Positions 9,309-18,820 are shown, counted from the first letter of the stretch. The stretch is 64,000 nucleotides of DNA from an uncultured Actinomycetes bacterium (GCA_963767005.1 CAVYCN010000019.1:32001-96000); one strand, 5' to 3'. Notes: generated by a model from the sequence alone, not told the origin. A program made the numbers and translations.

Positions 9309-9363
9309 GGCGATCGACTTCGTCGTCGCCGCTCAGGCATGCGTGGCTTCGCTGCGCGCCTGG
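9309..9363. repeat. Copy of the dispersed double-hairpin repeat
   Basis: GGCGATCGACTTCGTCGTCGCCGCTCAGGCATGCGTGGCTTCGCTGCGCGCCTGG, directly after the stop of the ornithine cyclodeaminase-family gene. Confidence 0.8.
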
Positions 9364-9364
9364 T

Positions 9365-10381
9365 CTAGTCGCCGGCCGTGCTGCCGAAGCGGCGCCCGCC
9401 GATCTCGAGCCAGGCGCCGGCACCGCGTTCGCGCGCCTTGTCGAGCACGTGACGCGCGGCAGCGAGGTCCTCGACGGCCAAACCGAGCGACTTGAACAAG
9501 GTGATCTCGTCGGGCGCGCCGCGACCCGGCGCCGCGCCGGTCAGCACCTCGCCGATCTCGCCGACGATGTGATCGTCGCCGATCGCGCCTTCGGCCTGCG
9601 CGAGCAGGAACTCGCCCGCCTCGCTGCGCGTCGCCTCGCGGCGGTCGACGTACAGGCGGGCGCGCGCGACAGCCCGCGTATCGAGCTCGCGGGTGGTCGG
9701 CGAATAGGCACCGACGGCGTTGATGTGGGCGCCCGGCGCGAGCCACTCGCCGCGCAGCACCGGCTCCGTCGCCGTCGTCACGGTGCAGACGATGTCGGCG
9801 CCGCGCACGGCCTCCTCGGCCGACCCGGCGACCTCGACGGTGAGCCCGGTACCTCGTTCCTCGCGCCGGGCGAACTCCTCGGCGCTGCCGGCCGGCAGGC
9901 TGAACACGCGCACCCGCCGCAGCGGGCGCACGCAGGCCATGGCGGCGAGGTGGGTGTGCGCCTGCGTACCGGCGCCGATCAGCGCGAGGTCGCCGGCGCC
10001 GGGCGCCGCGAGCAGGTCGGTCGCCACGCCGCTCACGGCGGCGGTACGGATGGCGGTGATAGAGGTGGCGTCGACGATCGCCCGCAGCCTGCCGTGGTCG
10101 TCGTCGAAGACGAGCACGACGCCCTGGTGGGTGTCGTACTCGCCGCCGAAGTTGGCCGGAAAGCCGGTGATCACCTTCACGCCGAGCGTCCCGGCGCCGC
10201 CGAGGTACGCCGGCATGAGGCTGAGGACGCGCTCGCCGCCCGGCAGCGCGACGACGTCGCGCAGCGGCAGGAGCGTGTCGGGCTCCCGAAGCCGGCGCAG
10301 CGCGTCGCGCATGACCGCGACGGCCTCGCTCATGGGCAGCAGTTCGGTGACCAGCTTCTGGTCGGCGATGAGGACGTCCAA
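9365..10381 (-). CDS. Ornithine cyclodeaminase / mu-crystallin family protein
   Basis: LMPAY, GVKVITGFPAN, ITAIRTAAVSGVAT, IGAGTQA, HINAVGA and FKSLGLAVEDLAAA motifs. Confidence 0.93.
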   Translation of the reverse strand: MDVLIADQKLVTELLPMSEAVAVMRDALRRLREPDTLLPLRDVVALPGGERVLSLMPAYLGGAGTLGVKVITGFPANFGGEYDTHQGVVLVFDDDHGRLRAIVDATSITAIRTAAVSGVATDLLAAPGAGDLALIGAGTQAHTHLAAMACVRPLRRVRVFSLPAGSAEEFARREERGTGLTVEVAGSAEEAVRGADIVCTVTTATEPVLRGEWLAPGAHINAVGAYSPTTRELDTRAVARARLYVDRREATRSEAGEFLLAQAEGAIGDDHIVGEIGEVLTGAAPGRGAPDEITLFKSLGLAVEDLAAARHVLDKARERGAGAWLEIGGRRFGSTAGD

Positions 10382-10585
10382 GGGGGCCTCCCGGTCGGCG
10401 CGTCGTCTGGCGAGGCGCGCGGAGCGGCGCCGGCGCGGGCCTCGAGAGCCGAGTATACCCGGGGAGGGCCCGGCCGCGAGTGCGGCGCGTCGAGGCTGCC
10501 GAACGGCGGCGCGGAGGCGCTCGGTCCGACAGGCGCGAAAGGTAGTCGCGCCGGCTCCGGCGGCGCGGCAGCGCCGCCGAGTCGC

Positions 10586-11479
10586 TCAGACGGCCGCGGC
10601 GACGGGCTCGCCGAGGCGCTCGCGCAGGCGTGCGCCGCGGTTGCGCAGGGCGTCGCGGTCGGCCTTGCGGCCGCAGTCGGCGCACTCGAGCAGATCGAGT
10701 GACGAGGCACGCTCGACCTCGGCGAGCGCCTCGGCGTCGCGTCCCATCGCCTTGAGCACGATGGTCAGCCGGTTGAACAGGCCGGGCAGCTCGTGGAGCA
10801 CGCGACGCTCGTCCAAGGCCTCGTCGCGGGCCCCCAGCAGGATCTCGAGCGCCCGCCGGTAGAGCGCGACGGCGTCGGAGGGAGCGTGCTTCTCGCGGGC
10901 CCGCGCCTCGGCGGCGAGCGTCAGAGCGTCGGCGACGCGGCTCTCGGTCTCGAGCGTGCGCCGGCGCTGCTCGACGTGGAAGGCCGCGACCGCGGCGCCG
11001 GTCGGGGCGAGCGACCGGGTGGTGGCGAACACGACGAACGCAGGCGGCTCGTCGGCAGCCAGCCGCTCGTGCTCGAACAGCACGAGGCAGCGGCAGCCGC
11101 CCGGCGCGCTGCAGTGCGGGTTGGGCGCCCAGGCGAGGGCCTCGTCGACATCGCCGGTCTCGCGCCCGTCCCAGGCTGCGCACTCGGGACAGGTGGCGTC
11201 GTCGGCGACCGCCGAGTAGACGGCGGTGGACACGGTCGCGCGCACTTCGCGGGCGAGTGGCCCCGCGGCGAGGCTCAGGGCCGGCGCCTCGGCGCCGTCG
11301 GCCGACACCAGCAGGTCGAGGGCGCCGGCGCAGGCCGGGCACAGCCCGAAGGGCTCGTCGGGATCCGCCGCGGCGCCGCAGAGCGGACAGGCCGCTGCAG
11401 CGGGGACCGCTGCGCCGCAGGTGGCGCAGAACGTGGCGGTGTCACCGATCGAAAGCCCGCAGCTGTGGCAGCGCTTCAT
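10586..11479 (-). CDS. Hypothetical Cys-rich protein: zinc ribbons, MuF-like Cys/His motif and TPR-like helices
   Basis: CHSC..CATC..CPLC..CPAC at the N-terminus, DDATCPEC...DG...NPHC..GGCRC centrally, helical C-terminus ending in CADC; AGGAGG RBS. Confidence 0.65.
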   Translation of the reverse strand: MKRCHSCGLSIGDTATFCATCGAAVPAAAACPLCGAAADPDEPFGLCPACAGALDLLVSADGAEAPALSLAAGPLAREVRATVSTAVYSAVADDATCPECAAWDGRETGDVDEALAWAPNPHCSAPGGCRCLVLFEHERLAADEPPAFVVFATTRSLAPTGAAVAAFHVEQRRRTLETESRVADALTLAAEARAREKHAPSDAVALYRRALEILLGARDEALDERRVLHELPGLFNRLTIVLKAMGRDAEALAEVERASSLDLLECADCGRKADRDALRNRGARLRERLGEPVAAAV

Positions 11480-11543
11480 GGACCACCTCCTGACGCCTCG
11501 GCTGGCGGGGGGCGCGGCGCAGTGGGCACGCGATCACTGCAGG

Positions 11544-11570
11544 TCATCGGCCGGTTCGGCCACATCGTTA
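11544..11570 (-). promoter_or_regulatory. Putative sigma-28 (FliA/WhiG)-type promoter
   Basis: Minus strand reads TAAC-N15-GCCGATGA, against the sigma-28 consensus TAAA-N15-GCCGATAA. Confidence 0.5.
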
Positions 11571-11704
11571 GGGGGCGCGCCGCTTTGGGCGGCACTCGGC
11601 GTCACCAGAGCAGACGACGGCGCCGGGGCGGCGGCCTGCGGCCGCCGCCCCGGCGCCCCGGCCGGGCGCGCGCCGCGCGCCCGGCCCTCCCTCGTCTGTG
11701 CGCG

Positions 11705-14482
11705 CTACGTGGTGTGCTTGCGCGGCACCGCAGGCCACTCGGCGGCATGCCAGGCGCCGCGATGCTGCGGCGCGCGCACCATGGTCGGCGCGCCGGCGAA
11801 GCGCAGCAGCCACGCGGGCCGCAGGCCGCGGTTCATGCGGTCGAACCTATAGGTGCCGAACTCGAGGCCCGCCGGCCACCACGGCGCGTGGAAGACCGGA
11901 GCGCCCTTGCGCACGACGCGCAGGACGCCGCGTCCGGTCGTCGCCTGGTGGTTGCCGGCCAGGTCCGTGGCGGTGACCACGACGCGGTAGGTGCCCGGCT
12001 TGAGCTCGCAGCTGAAACGCAGGTAGTAGTACGGGACCTCCTCGCCGAACACTTCCCAGTCGCCGGCACTCTCGACGAAGCGGCGCAGCACCCGGCCGTG
12101 CCGATCCTTGATCGCGACGGTGACGCTCTTGACGCCGCTCATCTCGTCGGTCGCCATGAAGAAGAGCGTGCCGCGGCCCCCGGTGTCGACCACGCTGTCG
12201 CGCGGCACGCCGCAGGCCGGGCCGAGGGTGTCGATGCCGACCATCCGCGATTCGGTCTGCTCCTGGTTGCCGGCCGCGTCGGTGCTGTAGTAGAGCACCG
12301 TGTGCTCGCCATCGAAGTGGTGATCGGCGTAGGCCGGCACCGTCAGCGACGCCCCGCTCTGCCAGGCGCCGGCGTCGAGGCGCGACTCGGTGCCCGCCAC
12401 GCCGGCGGTGCCGATGTCGTTGGTGGTGAAGCCGATGGTCAGCGGCTTGCGGTGCCAGCCGGTGTCGGCACGCTCGTCGAGGGTCACCGGAGCGGCCGTG
12501 TCACCGGCCGGGTCGAGGGTCGAGACGAGGAACCCGTCGCCGAAGGCCCAGACGTGGTGCGCGTCGGTGCCGACGATCGATTCGACGCCGTAACCGGCCG
12601 CGACCCGCTGCCAGTCCGTGCCGCCGTCGGTCGTCTGATAGACACCGTTGTAGCCGCCCAGCCAGCCGTGCTGCTGGTCGCTGAAATGGACGGTCGTGGC
12701 CTGCGCGTCGCCGAGGCCAGGCACCTGCGCCCAGGTCGCGCCACCGTCGGTCGTGTGCAGCACCCAGCCCGCCTCGACGTCGTCGTTCTCGTCGTAGGTC
12801 ACGCCGACCGCCCAGCCCTCGGTCGGGCTCACGAACTGCAGGCCGGTGATCGCGGGAGCCCCCTTGGGCAGCTTCTCGCGCGTCCAGGTGAAGCCGCCGT
12901 TCGTGGTGGCGAAGATCGCGCCGGCCGGATAGGAGAAGTCGGACGACCACCAGTAGCCGCCCACCCAGCCGTCGGACGCGTCGGTGAAGTCCATCGCGAT
13001 GAGGCCCATGTTGCCGGGCACGAACTGCGGGATCCAGGTGGCGCCGCCGTCGGTCGTGTGCTCGATCGACAGGTTGGCGCCCTCGTTCCAGCCGGTGGTG
13101 TCGTTGCTGACCGCCCAGGCCGTCTGGGCGTCGACGGCGTCGACCCCCCAGAGGCCGCCGCCGAGGTTGGACTGCTGCGGCTCCCAGGTGGCGCCGCCGT
13201 CGGTCGTGTGGAAGATCAGGCTGCCGTCGCCCCAGTCGTCGCTAGCGCCGACCGCCCAGCCGTTGGCGGCGTCGGCGAAATCGACACCCAGCAGCGCCGT
13301 GGTGCCACGCAGCGGCACGGGCTGCTCGACGAAGCGGGCCCCGTCGGTGCTGTGCAGCAGCGCGCCGGAGGTGTCGACGGCCCACAGGTCGGTGGCCGAG
13401 ACCGCGTCGGCGGAAGCGAACTCGTATTGCTGGCCCGAGCTGCCCGACCGCCAGGTGGTGCCGGCGTCGGTCGAGAGCAGGATGCCGTCGCCCACCGAGC
13501 ACACAGACGCCCCGCTCGCCGCGATCGTGTACGGCATGGCGGGCGCGGCCACGGTGGTGGTGCGCCAGCTGAAGCCGCCGTTGCTCGAGTGCAGGAACAT
13601 GGTCGGCGCCTGGATGTCGTAGTCGTCCCAGCTCTCGCCGACCGCCCACAGGCCGCCCAGGCCATCGGTGCAGAGATCCGACACCGAGACATCTCCGAAT
13701 TCGCGCAGCGGCAGCCAGGAACGGCCCCCGTCGTGCGTGAAGATGAGCATCGAGTCGCCCCAGCCGTCGGTCGTAAGGCCCCAGCCGTCGGAGCGGTCGG
13801 TGAACACGAGCTGCTGGAGCATGTTGTAGCCTTCGCTGCCCGGATAGCGACTCGAGGTCCACGTGCGACCGGCGTTCGTCGTGCGCCAGATGCGGCCCCG
13901 GGGGCCGCCGGCCCAGCCGTGCCGAGCGTCGACGAAGTCGACCACTACGCTGTCCTTGCCGGCGCTCGGCAGCGCTATCGTCGCCCAGGTGGCGCCGCCG
14001 TCGGTCGTCTTGAGCACGGTGCCGACGGCCGTGCCGACCCAGCCGTGGGTCGCGTCGCTGAAGCTCACGTTCGTGAGCGTCGCCGTGAGGCCGGCCGGCG
14101 TGACGTCGGACCAGTCCGCGCCGGCGTCGGTCGTGCGCAGGATCACGCCCGGCTCGTCGGCGGTCGCCTGGCCGCCGACCACGCAGCCGTGGTCGGCGTC
14201 GGCGAAGGCCACCGACCACAGGTCGGCGTCGCTGCCGGTCGGCTGCGCCGCCCAGGTGGCGCCGCCGTCGGTGCTGCGTTCGACGAGGCCGCCGAGGCCG
14301 ACGGCCCACGCCTGGCCGGGAGCCGCGAACGTGCAGCCGTTGAGCGCGGCCGCCGGTTGCGGCATCTGCCAGTACCAGCCATGCGCACCGTCGGGCGCGA
14401 GCGCGCGAGCGACTCCGGGCAAGACAGCGAGCGCCGCGAGCGCCGCCGCCATCGTGATGCAGACCATCCAGGCACGTCTCAT
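11705..14482 (-). CDS. Secreted YCF48/BNR beta-propeller protein, paralog of 312..3086
   Basis: Same architecture. Shares APDG.HGW.WQMPQPA at the mature N-terminus, SSGQ.Y.F..ADAVSATD.WAVD internally and the PWWPAGL tail. ATG at 14482. Confidence 0.85.
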   Translation of the reverse strand: MRRAWMVCITMAAALAALAVLPGVARALAPDGAHGWYWQMPQPAAALNGCTFAAPGQAWAVGLGGLVERSTDGGATWAAQPTGSDADLWSVAFADADHGCVVGGQATADEPGVILRTTDAGADWSDVTPAGLTATLTNVSFSDATHGWVGTAVGTVLKTTDGGATWATIALPSAGKDSVVVDFVDARHGWAGGPRGRIWRTTNAGRTWTSSRYPGSEGYNMLQQLVFTDRSDGWGLTTDGWGDSMLIFTHDGGRSWLPLREFGDVSVSDLCTDGLGGLWAVGESWDDYDIQAPTMFLHSSNGGFSWRTTTVAAPAMPYTIAASGASVCSVGDGILLSTDAGTTWRSGSSGQQYEFASADAVSATDLWAVDTSGALLHSTDGARFVEQPVPLRGTTALLGVDFADAANGWAVGASDDWGDGSLIFHTTDGGATWEPQQSNLGGGLWGVDAVDAQTAWAVSNDTTGWNEGANLSIEHTTDGGATWIPQFVPGNMGLIAMDFTDASDGWVGGYWWSSDFSYPAGAIFATTNGGFTWTREKLPKGAPAITGLQFVSPTEGWAVGVTYDENDDVEAGWVLHTTDGGATWAQVPGLGDAQATTVHFSDQQHGWLGGYNGVYQTTDGGTDWQRVAAGYGVESIVGTDAHHVWAFGDGFLVSTLDPAGDTAAPVTLDERADTGWHRKPLTIGFTTNDIGTAGVAGTESRLDAGAWQSGASLTVPAYADHHFDGEHTVLYYSTDAAGNQEQTESRMVGIDTLGPACGVPRDSVVDTGGRGTLFFMATDEMSGVKSVTVAIKDRHGRVLRRFVESAGDWEVFGEEVPYYYLRFSCELKPGTYRVVVTATDLAGNHQATTGRGVLRVVRKGAPVFHAPWWPAGLEFGTYRFDRMNRGLRPAWLLRFAGAPTMVRAPQHRGAWHAAEWPAVPRKHTT

Positions 14483-14558
14483 GTGCCACCCCCCAGCGCC
14501 GTTGCCCATCACTGCCAGATGCGAGGACGCGACCGTGTCGCCACGGCCGGCTCGCTCG

Positions 14559-15932
14559 TCAGCGCACGACCAGCCTGTTGCCGGCCGCCGCGGTCTGCCG
14601 GTTGCCGGCCTGGTCGGTCGCCGCCACGGTGAAGCGGTAGCGCCCCTTGGGCAGCCAGCAGGTGAACTCGTAGCGTTGCAGGCGGTCGACCGCGACCCCG
14701 GTCAGGACCGTCTTGTACACGAGCTTGCGGTGACGATCGACGATCCTGAGCGTCACGGTCGCGGTCGGGCTGCCGGGCCGGGCGTCGCGCACCAGATAGC
14801 GCAGCGCGCAGCGTGCGCCCCGCCGGGCCAGGCCGGCCCAGTTGGCGACCGGCGTCGGCCGGCGCGTGTCGATCAGGACCAGGCAGGCGCGCTTTCTTTC
14901 GACGTTGCCGACCTTGTCGGTGGAGCGGTAGAGGATGCGGTGGATGCCGTCGCCGGAGTGGTTCGCGGCAGCGGCCACGGTGAGCGCCGTGCCCACCGTC
15001 CAGGTGGCGCCGCCGTCGGTCGAGTACGTCGTCGAGGCGACGCCCTGACCACCCGAGTTGTCGCGCGCCACGAAACGCAGCTTCGCGGGGGCGCTGCGCC
15101 AGCGTCCGACGGCGCCGACCACGGTGGTGCGCGGCGGCGTGCAGTCGGTCGTGACGTAGAAGCTCGCGCCGTCGGCGCCCAGGTCGGACGTCTTGGCGAC
15201 CAGGGCGTCGCTGTACTCGCTCGTCATGTTGATGCGGTTCCAGTCGTAGGCCGAGATGGGCTGGCCGTCGAAGCTGCAGCCGCTGAAGTGCACGATGGCG
15301 AAGTCGCTCACCGGCAGCACGTCGCCCTCGTCGCTCGACGGCGCCTCGGCGATCGCCTCGGCCGACGCCAAGGCGGGCGGGATGCTCATGAGCTGGCCGG
15401 TGCTGAAGGTGTCGCCGGTCGTGGCGTCGGTGAGCGTCAACGTGAAGCTCGCCGGCTGCGCCCAGGTGACGGTGCCGGTCATCGCGTCGCCGGCGTGGAT
15501 CGCCATGTCGATCGCCACCGGGTAGAGCGGGTACATCTCGTACCAGGCGTCGTAGCCGCCCACGCCCTCGCTGTAGCCCTCGGTGCCGATCTGCTCGACC
15601 GTGTCGGAGTTGTCGCCGTCGAGGCCGACCCAGAAGGCCGCGTCTGAAAACATGGTCCCGGTGACGCGAACGCGCGGCTGGACCCAGGTGGCGGTGACCG
15701 TGCCGAAGGGACCGTCGGTCGAGTCGTCGTAGCCCGACCAGTTCACCGAGGTCGTGGTGGTGCCGGCGAAGGCGGCGGCGCCGGCGGCCGGGCGCGCCGT
15801 CTGCCCCGACCCGCTCGTGATCAGCGGCTCGGTGTGCGTCGGCGGCCGGGTCGCGGCCGAGGCCGCGGCGGGCACCGCGACCGCGGCGAGCATTGCTGCC
15901 GCGCACCCGAACACGAGGACCAGACGTCTCAT
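14559..15932 (-). CDS. Secreted G1 family glutamic endopeptidase (eqolisin-like) with C-terminal Ig-like domains
   Basis: Signal peptide, then SVNWSGY, WVGLDG, VEQIGT (catalytic Gln region), AWYEMYP and SAEAIAEAP (catalytic Glu region). Confidence 0.85.
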   Translation of the reverse strand: MRRLVLVFGCAAAMLAAVAVPAAASAATRPPTHTEPLITSGSGQTARPAAGAAAFAGTTTTSVNWSGYDDSTDGPFGTVTATWVQPRVRVTGTMFSDAAFWVGLDGDNSDTVEQIGTEGYSEGVGGYDAWYEMYPLYPVAIDMAIHAGDAMTGTVTWAQPASFTLTLTDATTGDTFSTGQLMSIPPALASAEAIAEAPSSDEGDVLPVSDFAIVHFSGCSFDGQPISAYDWNRINMTSEYSDALVAKTSDLGADGASFYVTTDCTPPRTTVVGAVGRWRSAPAKLRFVARDNSGGQGVASTTYSTDGGATWTVGTALTVAAAANHSGDGIHRILYRSTDKVGNVERKRACLVLIDTRRPTPVANWAGLARRGARCALRYLVRDARPGSPTATVTLRIVDRHRKLVYKTVLTGVAVDRLQRYEFTCWLPKGRYRFTVAATDQAGNRQTAAAGNRLVVR

Positions 15933-16007
15933 GGCATGCCCCCCAGGGACCCCGCCCCGCAAGGCGGCGAGTCGATGTTCACCGGCCAGTCTAGCACTAC
16001 GGACCTA

Positions 16008-16027
16008 TGAAGATAGTGGGATCTTCA
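16008..16027. promoter_or_regulatory. Inverted-repeat operator candidate upstream of the G1 peptidase / beta-propeller pair
   Basis: TGAAGAT-N6-ATCTTCA lies just upstream of an extended -10 (TGCTAGACT, minus strand, 15988-15996). Confidence 0.45.
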
Positions 16028-16058
16028 CTGTTGCGAGCTCACAGCGGTTGTGAGGCCC

Positions 16059-17561
16059 TCAGAGCAGCCGCGAGAAGAGCCGCGCGCACGAGTTGAGCCA
16101 GCGCGCGCGCCGGCCCAGGGCCCACCAGTCGTCGAGCGTGAACTCGCGGCAGTGGGTGAGGTCGTCCTCGAAGATGGCCGCGTGGCGGGCCGCCAGGCCT
16201 TCGTCGAAGATCGCGCACGACAGCTCGTCGTGCAGGATGGTGCTGCGGACATCGAAGTTGCAGGTGCCGATCATGCACCAGCGCCGGTCGATCGTGACGG
16301 TCTTGGCGTGCAGGAAACCGTCCGTGTACTGGTAGACCTTCACGCCGGCGTCGAGGAGCTGCTTGTAGTAGGCGATGGCGGCATGGAACGGCAGCTTCTT
16401 GTCGGGCACCCCGGCCATCATGAGACGCACGTCGACCCCGGTGAGCGCCGCGGTGCAGATCGCCGTGATCAGGGGCTCGTCGGGTACGAAGTAGGGAGAC
16501 TGGATCCACACGCTCTCGCGCGCGCCGAGCAGCACCACGATGTAGGCGTCGCGGATCGACTTGAACGGCGTGGCCACGCTCGAGTAGAGGACCTCGACCG
16601 GCGGGTCGGTGTCGCCCGCGGCCAGGCGGGCCCGCTCGTGGTGCTCCACCAGCGGGTCGCCGCGCCCGCCGTTGAAGCGCCAGACCAGGGCGAACAGCAC
16701 CTCGAACACGGCGACGACGGGGCCGGTGAGGCGCAGCGACGTGTCGCGCCATGTCGCGAAGCGCGGCCCGCCGTCGATGTACTCCTGCCCCATGTTCATG
16801 CCGCCGGTGTAGGCCACCCCACCGTCGACCACCGCGATCTTCATGTGGTTGCGGTAGTTCAGGTGCGCGAGCCGCTTGTAGCAGGGCTTGACCTCGGCGC
16901 CAGCCGCGGCCAGGCGCCGGAGCTCGCTCTTGCGGTAGCGAAACGACGAGAGCCAGTCGTAGAGGATGCGGACTCTGACGCCGTGGGCGAGCCGGTCGAG
17001 CAGGATCTCGGTGACCTTGGCGGTGAGCTCGTCGCGCTCCCAGATCAGGTACATGAGATGCACGTAGTGCTGCGCCCCGGCGAGCTCGTCGAGCAGGCGG
17101 GCGAACTTGTCGGCGCCGCGCCGGTAGACCTCGAGCGAGTCGGCCGGCAGCACTGGGAAGCCGGTGACGTGACGGCTCATGACGAGGAGCTTGCCGGCGG
17201 GCGTGCCGGCGAGCCGCTCCTCGAGATCGGCGGCGAAGGCCGCGTGCTCCTCGTAGACCGAGCGCAGCGCGCCCACCGCGAGCTCACGCACCTCGGACCG
17301 CAGCCGGTCGCGCTCGGGCGTGGCGCGCCGCAGATTGCGGCCGATGAAGAAGTACAGCACGATGCCGAGGACGGGCACGAGCGCGATCACGAGCAGCCAG
17401 GCGATGACCGTGGTCGGGTCGCGGTCGTCGGTGACGAGGGCTACGACGACGCCGGCCACGGCGACGAGGAGCGCGCAGACGAGCACGAGCGCGACGACCT
17501 GGGTGAGCGACACGGCGACGTGCGCCGGCAGGACGGCGAGCGGACTGGGCACGGCGATCAC
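16059..17561 (-). CDS. cls: Cardiolipin synthase
   Basis: N-terminal TMs (RDPTTVIAWL..P.LG..LY...G) and two HKD motifs, RNHMKIAVVDG and FLHAKTVTID. TATAGT lies 6 nt before the GTG at 17561, suggesting a leaderless mRNA. Confidence 0.93.
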   Translation of the reverse strand: MIAVPSPLAVLPAHVAVSLTQVVALVLVCALLVAVAGVVVALVTDDRDPTTVIAWLLVIALVPVLGIVLYFFIGRNLRRATPERDRLRSEVRELAVGALRSVYEEHAAFAADLEERLAGTPAGKLLVMSRHVTGFPVLPADSLEVYRRGADKFARLLDELAGAQHYVHLMYLIWERDELTAKVTEILLDRLAHGVRVRILYDWLSSFRYRKSELRRLAAAGAEVKPCYKRLAHLNYRNHMKIAVVDGGVAYTGGMNMGQEYIDGGPRFATWRDTSLRLTGPVVAVFEVLFALVWRFNGGRGDPLVEHHERARLAAGDTDPPVEVLYSSVATPFKSIRDAYIVVLLGARESVWIQSPYFVPDEPLITAICTAALTGVDVRLMMAGVPDKKLPFHAAIAYYKQLLDAGVKVYQYTDGFLHAKTVTIDRRWCMIGTCNFDVRSTILHDELSCAIFDEGLAARHAAIFEDDLTHCREFTLDDWWALGRRARWLNSCARLFSRLL

Positions 17562-17690
17562 GCGCACACTATAGCAGCGCCCCTACGCCGCGCCGCGGGG
17601 CACCGGAAAGACCGCACAGCGTGGCTCGCGGCCGGAGTGCGGTGTCCGCGTCGGCGCCGCACCGGCGTGTCGACAACGCGGCCGGCGCCG

Positions 17691-18749
17691 TCAGACGCCG
17701 AACGCCTCGGTGCCCCACGGCGAGGCGGCGACCGCCGTGGCGACGGCGAGCGCGTCGTCGCCGCGCTGCAGGGCGGCGAGGATGGGGCCGTACAGGCCGT
17801 CGCGCAGCGTCGCGACGGTCGCGACGAAGCCCTCGGCCCAGCTCGTGTACGCCTTGACGCCGACACCGTTCATGGCGGTGGCGCCGGGCTCGGGCATGGT
17901 CGTGTCGAGCGGGTTGTAGCGCGCGGCGTTGAACCAGTGGCCGCCCTCGGCGAACTCCCATGCGGTGATCGCGGTCAGATTCTGCGAGCTGAGCGGCGCG
18001 CCCAGGTAGCCGAGCAGGGCCCGGGCCCAGCTTTCGGGCGTGTAGGCGCCGGCGACGCCCGGCAGCGTGGTCGCGCCGCGGGCCCGGGCGGCGGCCGCCG
18101 CGGCGGCCGCCGCCCGGGCCCGCTCCTTCGCCTGCGCGACGAGCGACTGCACCCGGCTCTGGGCCGCGGCCAGCAGCGCTTCGCCGCGATGCACCTCGGT
18201 CACGAGCTCGGTACGCTCGCCGGCGACCTGGGCCACGAGGGCGGCCGCACGCCGGCGCTGCGCGGCGAGGCGCACGCCCTGGCGCTCCACGCGGGCCTTG
18301 GACGCCCTTACCTGGGTGACCGCGTCTTGCGCCTGCTCGTAGATATCGCTCCAGAGGCGTACCCGGCTCACGAGGTCGTCGAAGCTGCCCGCCGTGAGCG
18401 CCGCGTCGAGGAAGCCGCTCGCCGGCGACTTGTAGAGGGCGACGAGACGCATGGCCAGCGTGCCCCGCGCGACCGCGAGGTCGTAGCGCGCGACGGCGAG
18501 GTCGTGACGGTTGCCGACGACGCTCGCGTCGACGGCCGCGAGGCGCTGGGTCGTCGCATCGTAGCGGGCGGCCGCCGCGGCGAGCTCGCCGTTCAGCGTG
18601 GCGACGTCGCCGCCCAGGCTGGCCGCCCTGGCCCTGGCCTGACCGACCGAGGGCGCGGCGGCGGCCGCGCGGGGCATGGCCAGACAACCCGTGAGGGCGA
18701 TGACGGCGACGAGGAAGACGATGGACATGCGGGGGCGTGGACCGGACAC
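17691..18749 (-). CDS. Secreted coiled-coil protein with C-terminal lysozyme/lytic-transglycosylase-like domain (putative cell-wall hydrolase)
   Basis: Signal peptide, PcsB/CwlO-like coiled coil (RLVALYK..LDAALTAGSFDDLVSR), then AWEFAEGG...YNPLDTT...GVKAYTSW; GTG start with AGGAGG. Confidence 0.7.
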   Translation of the reverse strand: MSGPRPRMSIVFLVAVIALTGCLAMPRAAAAAPSVGQARARAASLGGDVATLNGELAAAAARYDATTQRLAAVDASVVGNRHDLAVARYDLAVARGTLAMRLVALYKSPASGFLDAALTAGSFDDLVSRVRLWSDIYEQAQDAVTQVRASKARVERQGVRLAAQRRRAAALVAQVAGERTELVTEVHRGEALLAAAQSRVQSLVAQAKERARAAAAAAAAARARGATTLPGVAGAYTPESWARALLGYLGAPLSSQNLTAITAWEFAEGGHWFNAARYNPLDTTMPEPGATAMNGVGVKAYTSWAEGFVATVATLRDGLYGPILAALQRGDDALAVATAVAASPWGTEAFGV

Positions 18750-18820
18750 GCGGCGACCTCCTGACCTGCGACCGCGTGCGGTCTCGCCGGACTCTAGCAG
18801 CACACGGAGCCGGGTGCCAC

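Noticed and set aside
10793-14632. 1279-aa plus-strand ORF, and similar long ORFs such as 16050..18764, 18737..21802, 42985..45513, 53006..56122 and 58032..60587
   Set aside because: Antisense or alternate-frame shadows of well-supported genes, typical of high-GC DNA; Arg/Ala/Gly-rich with no recognisable motifs.
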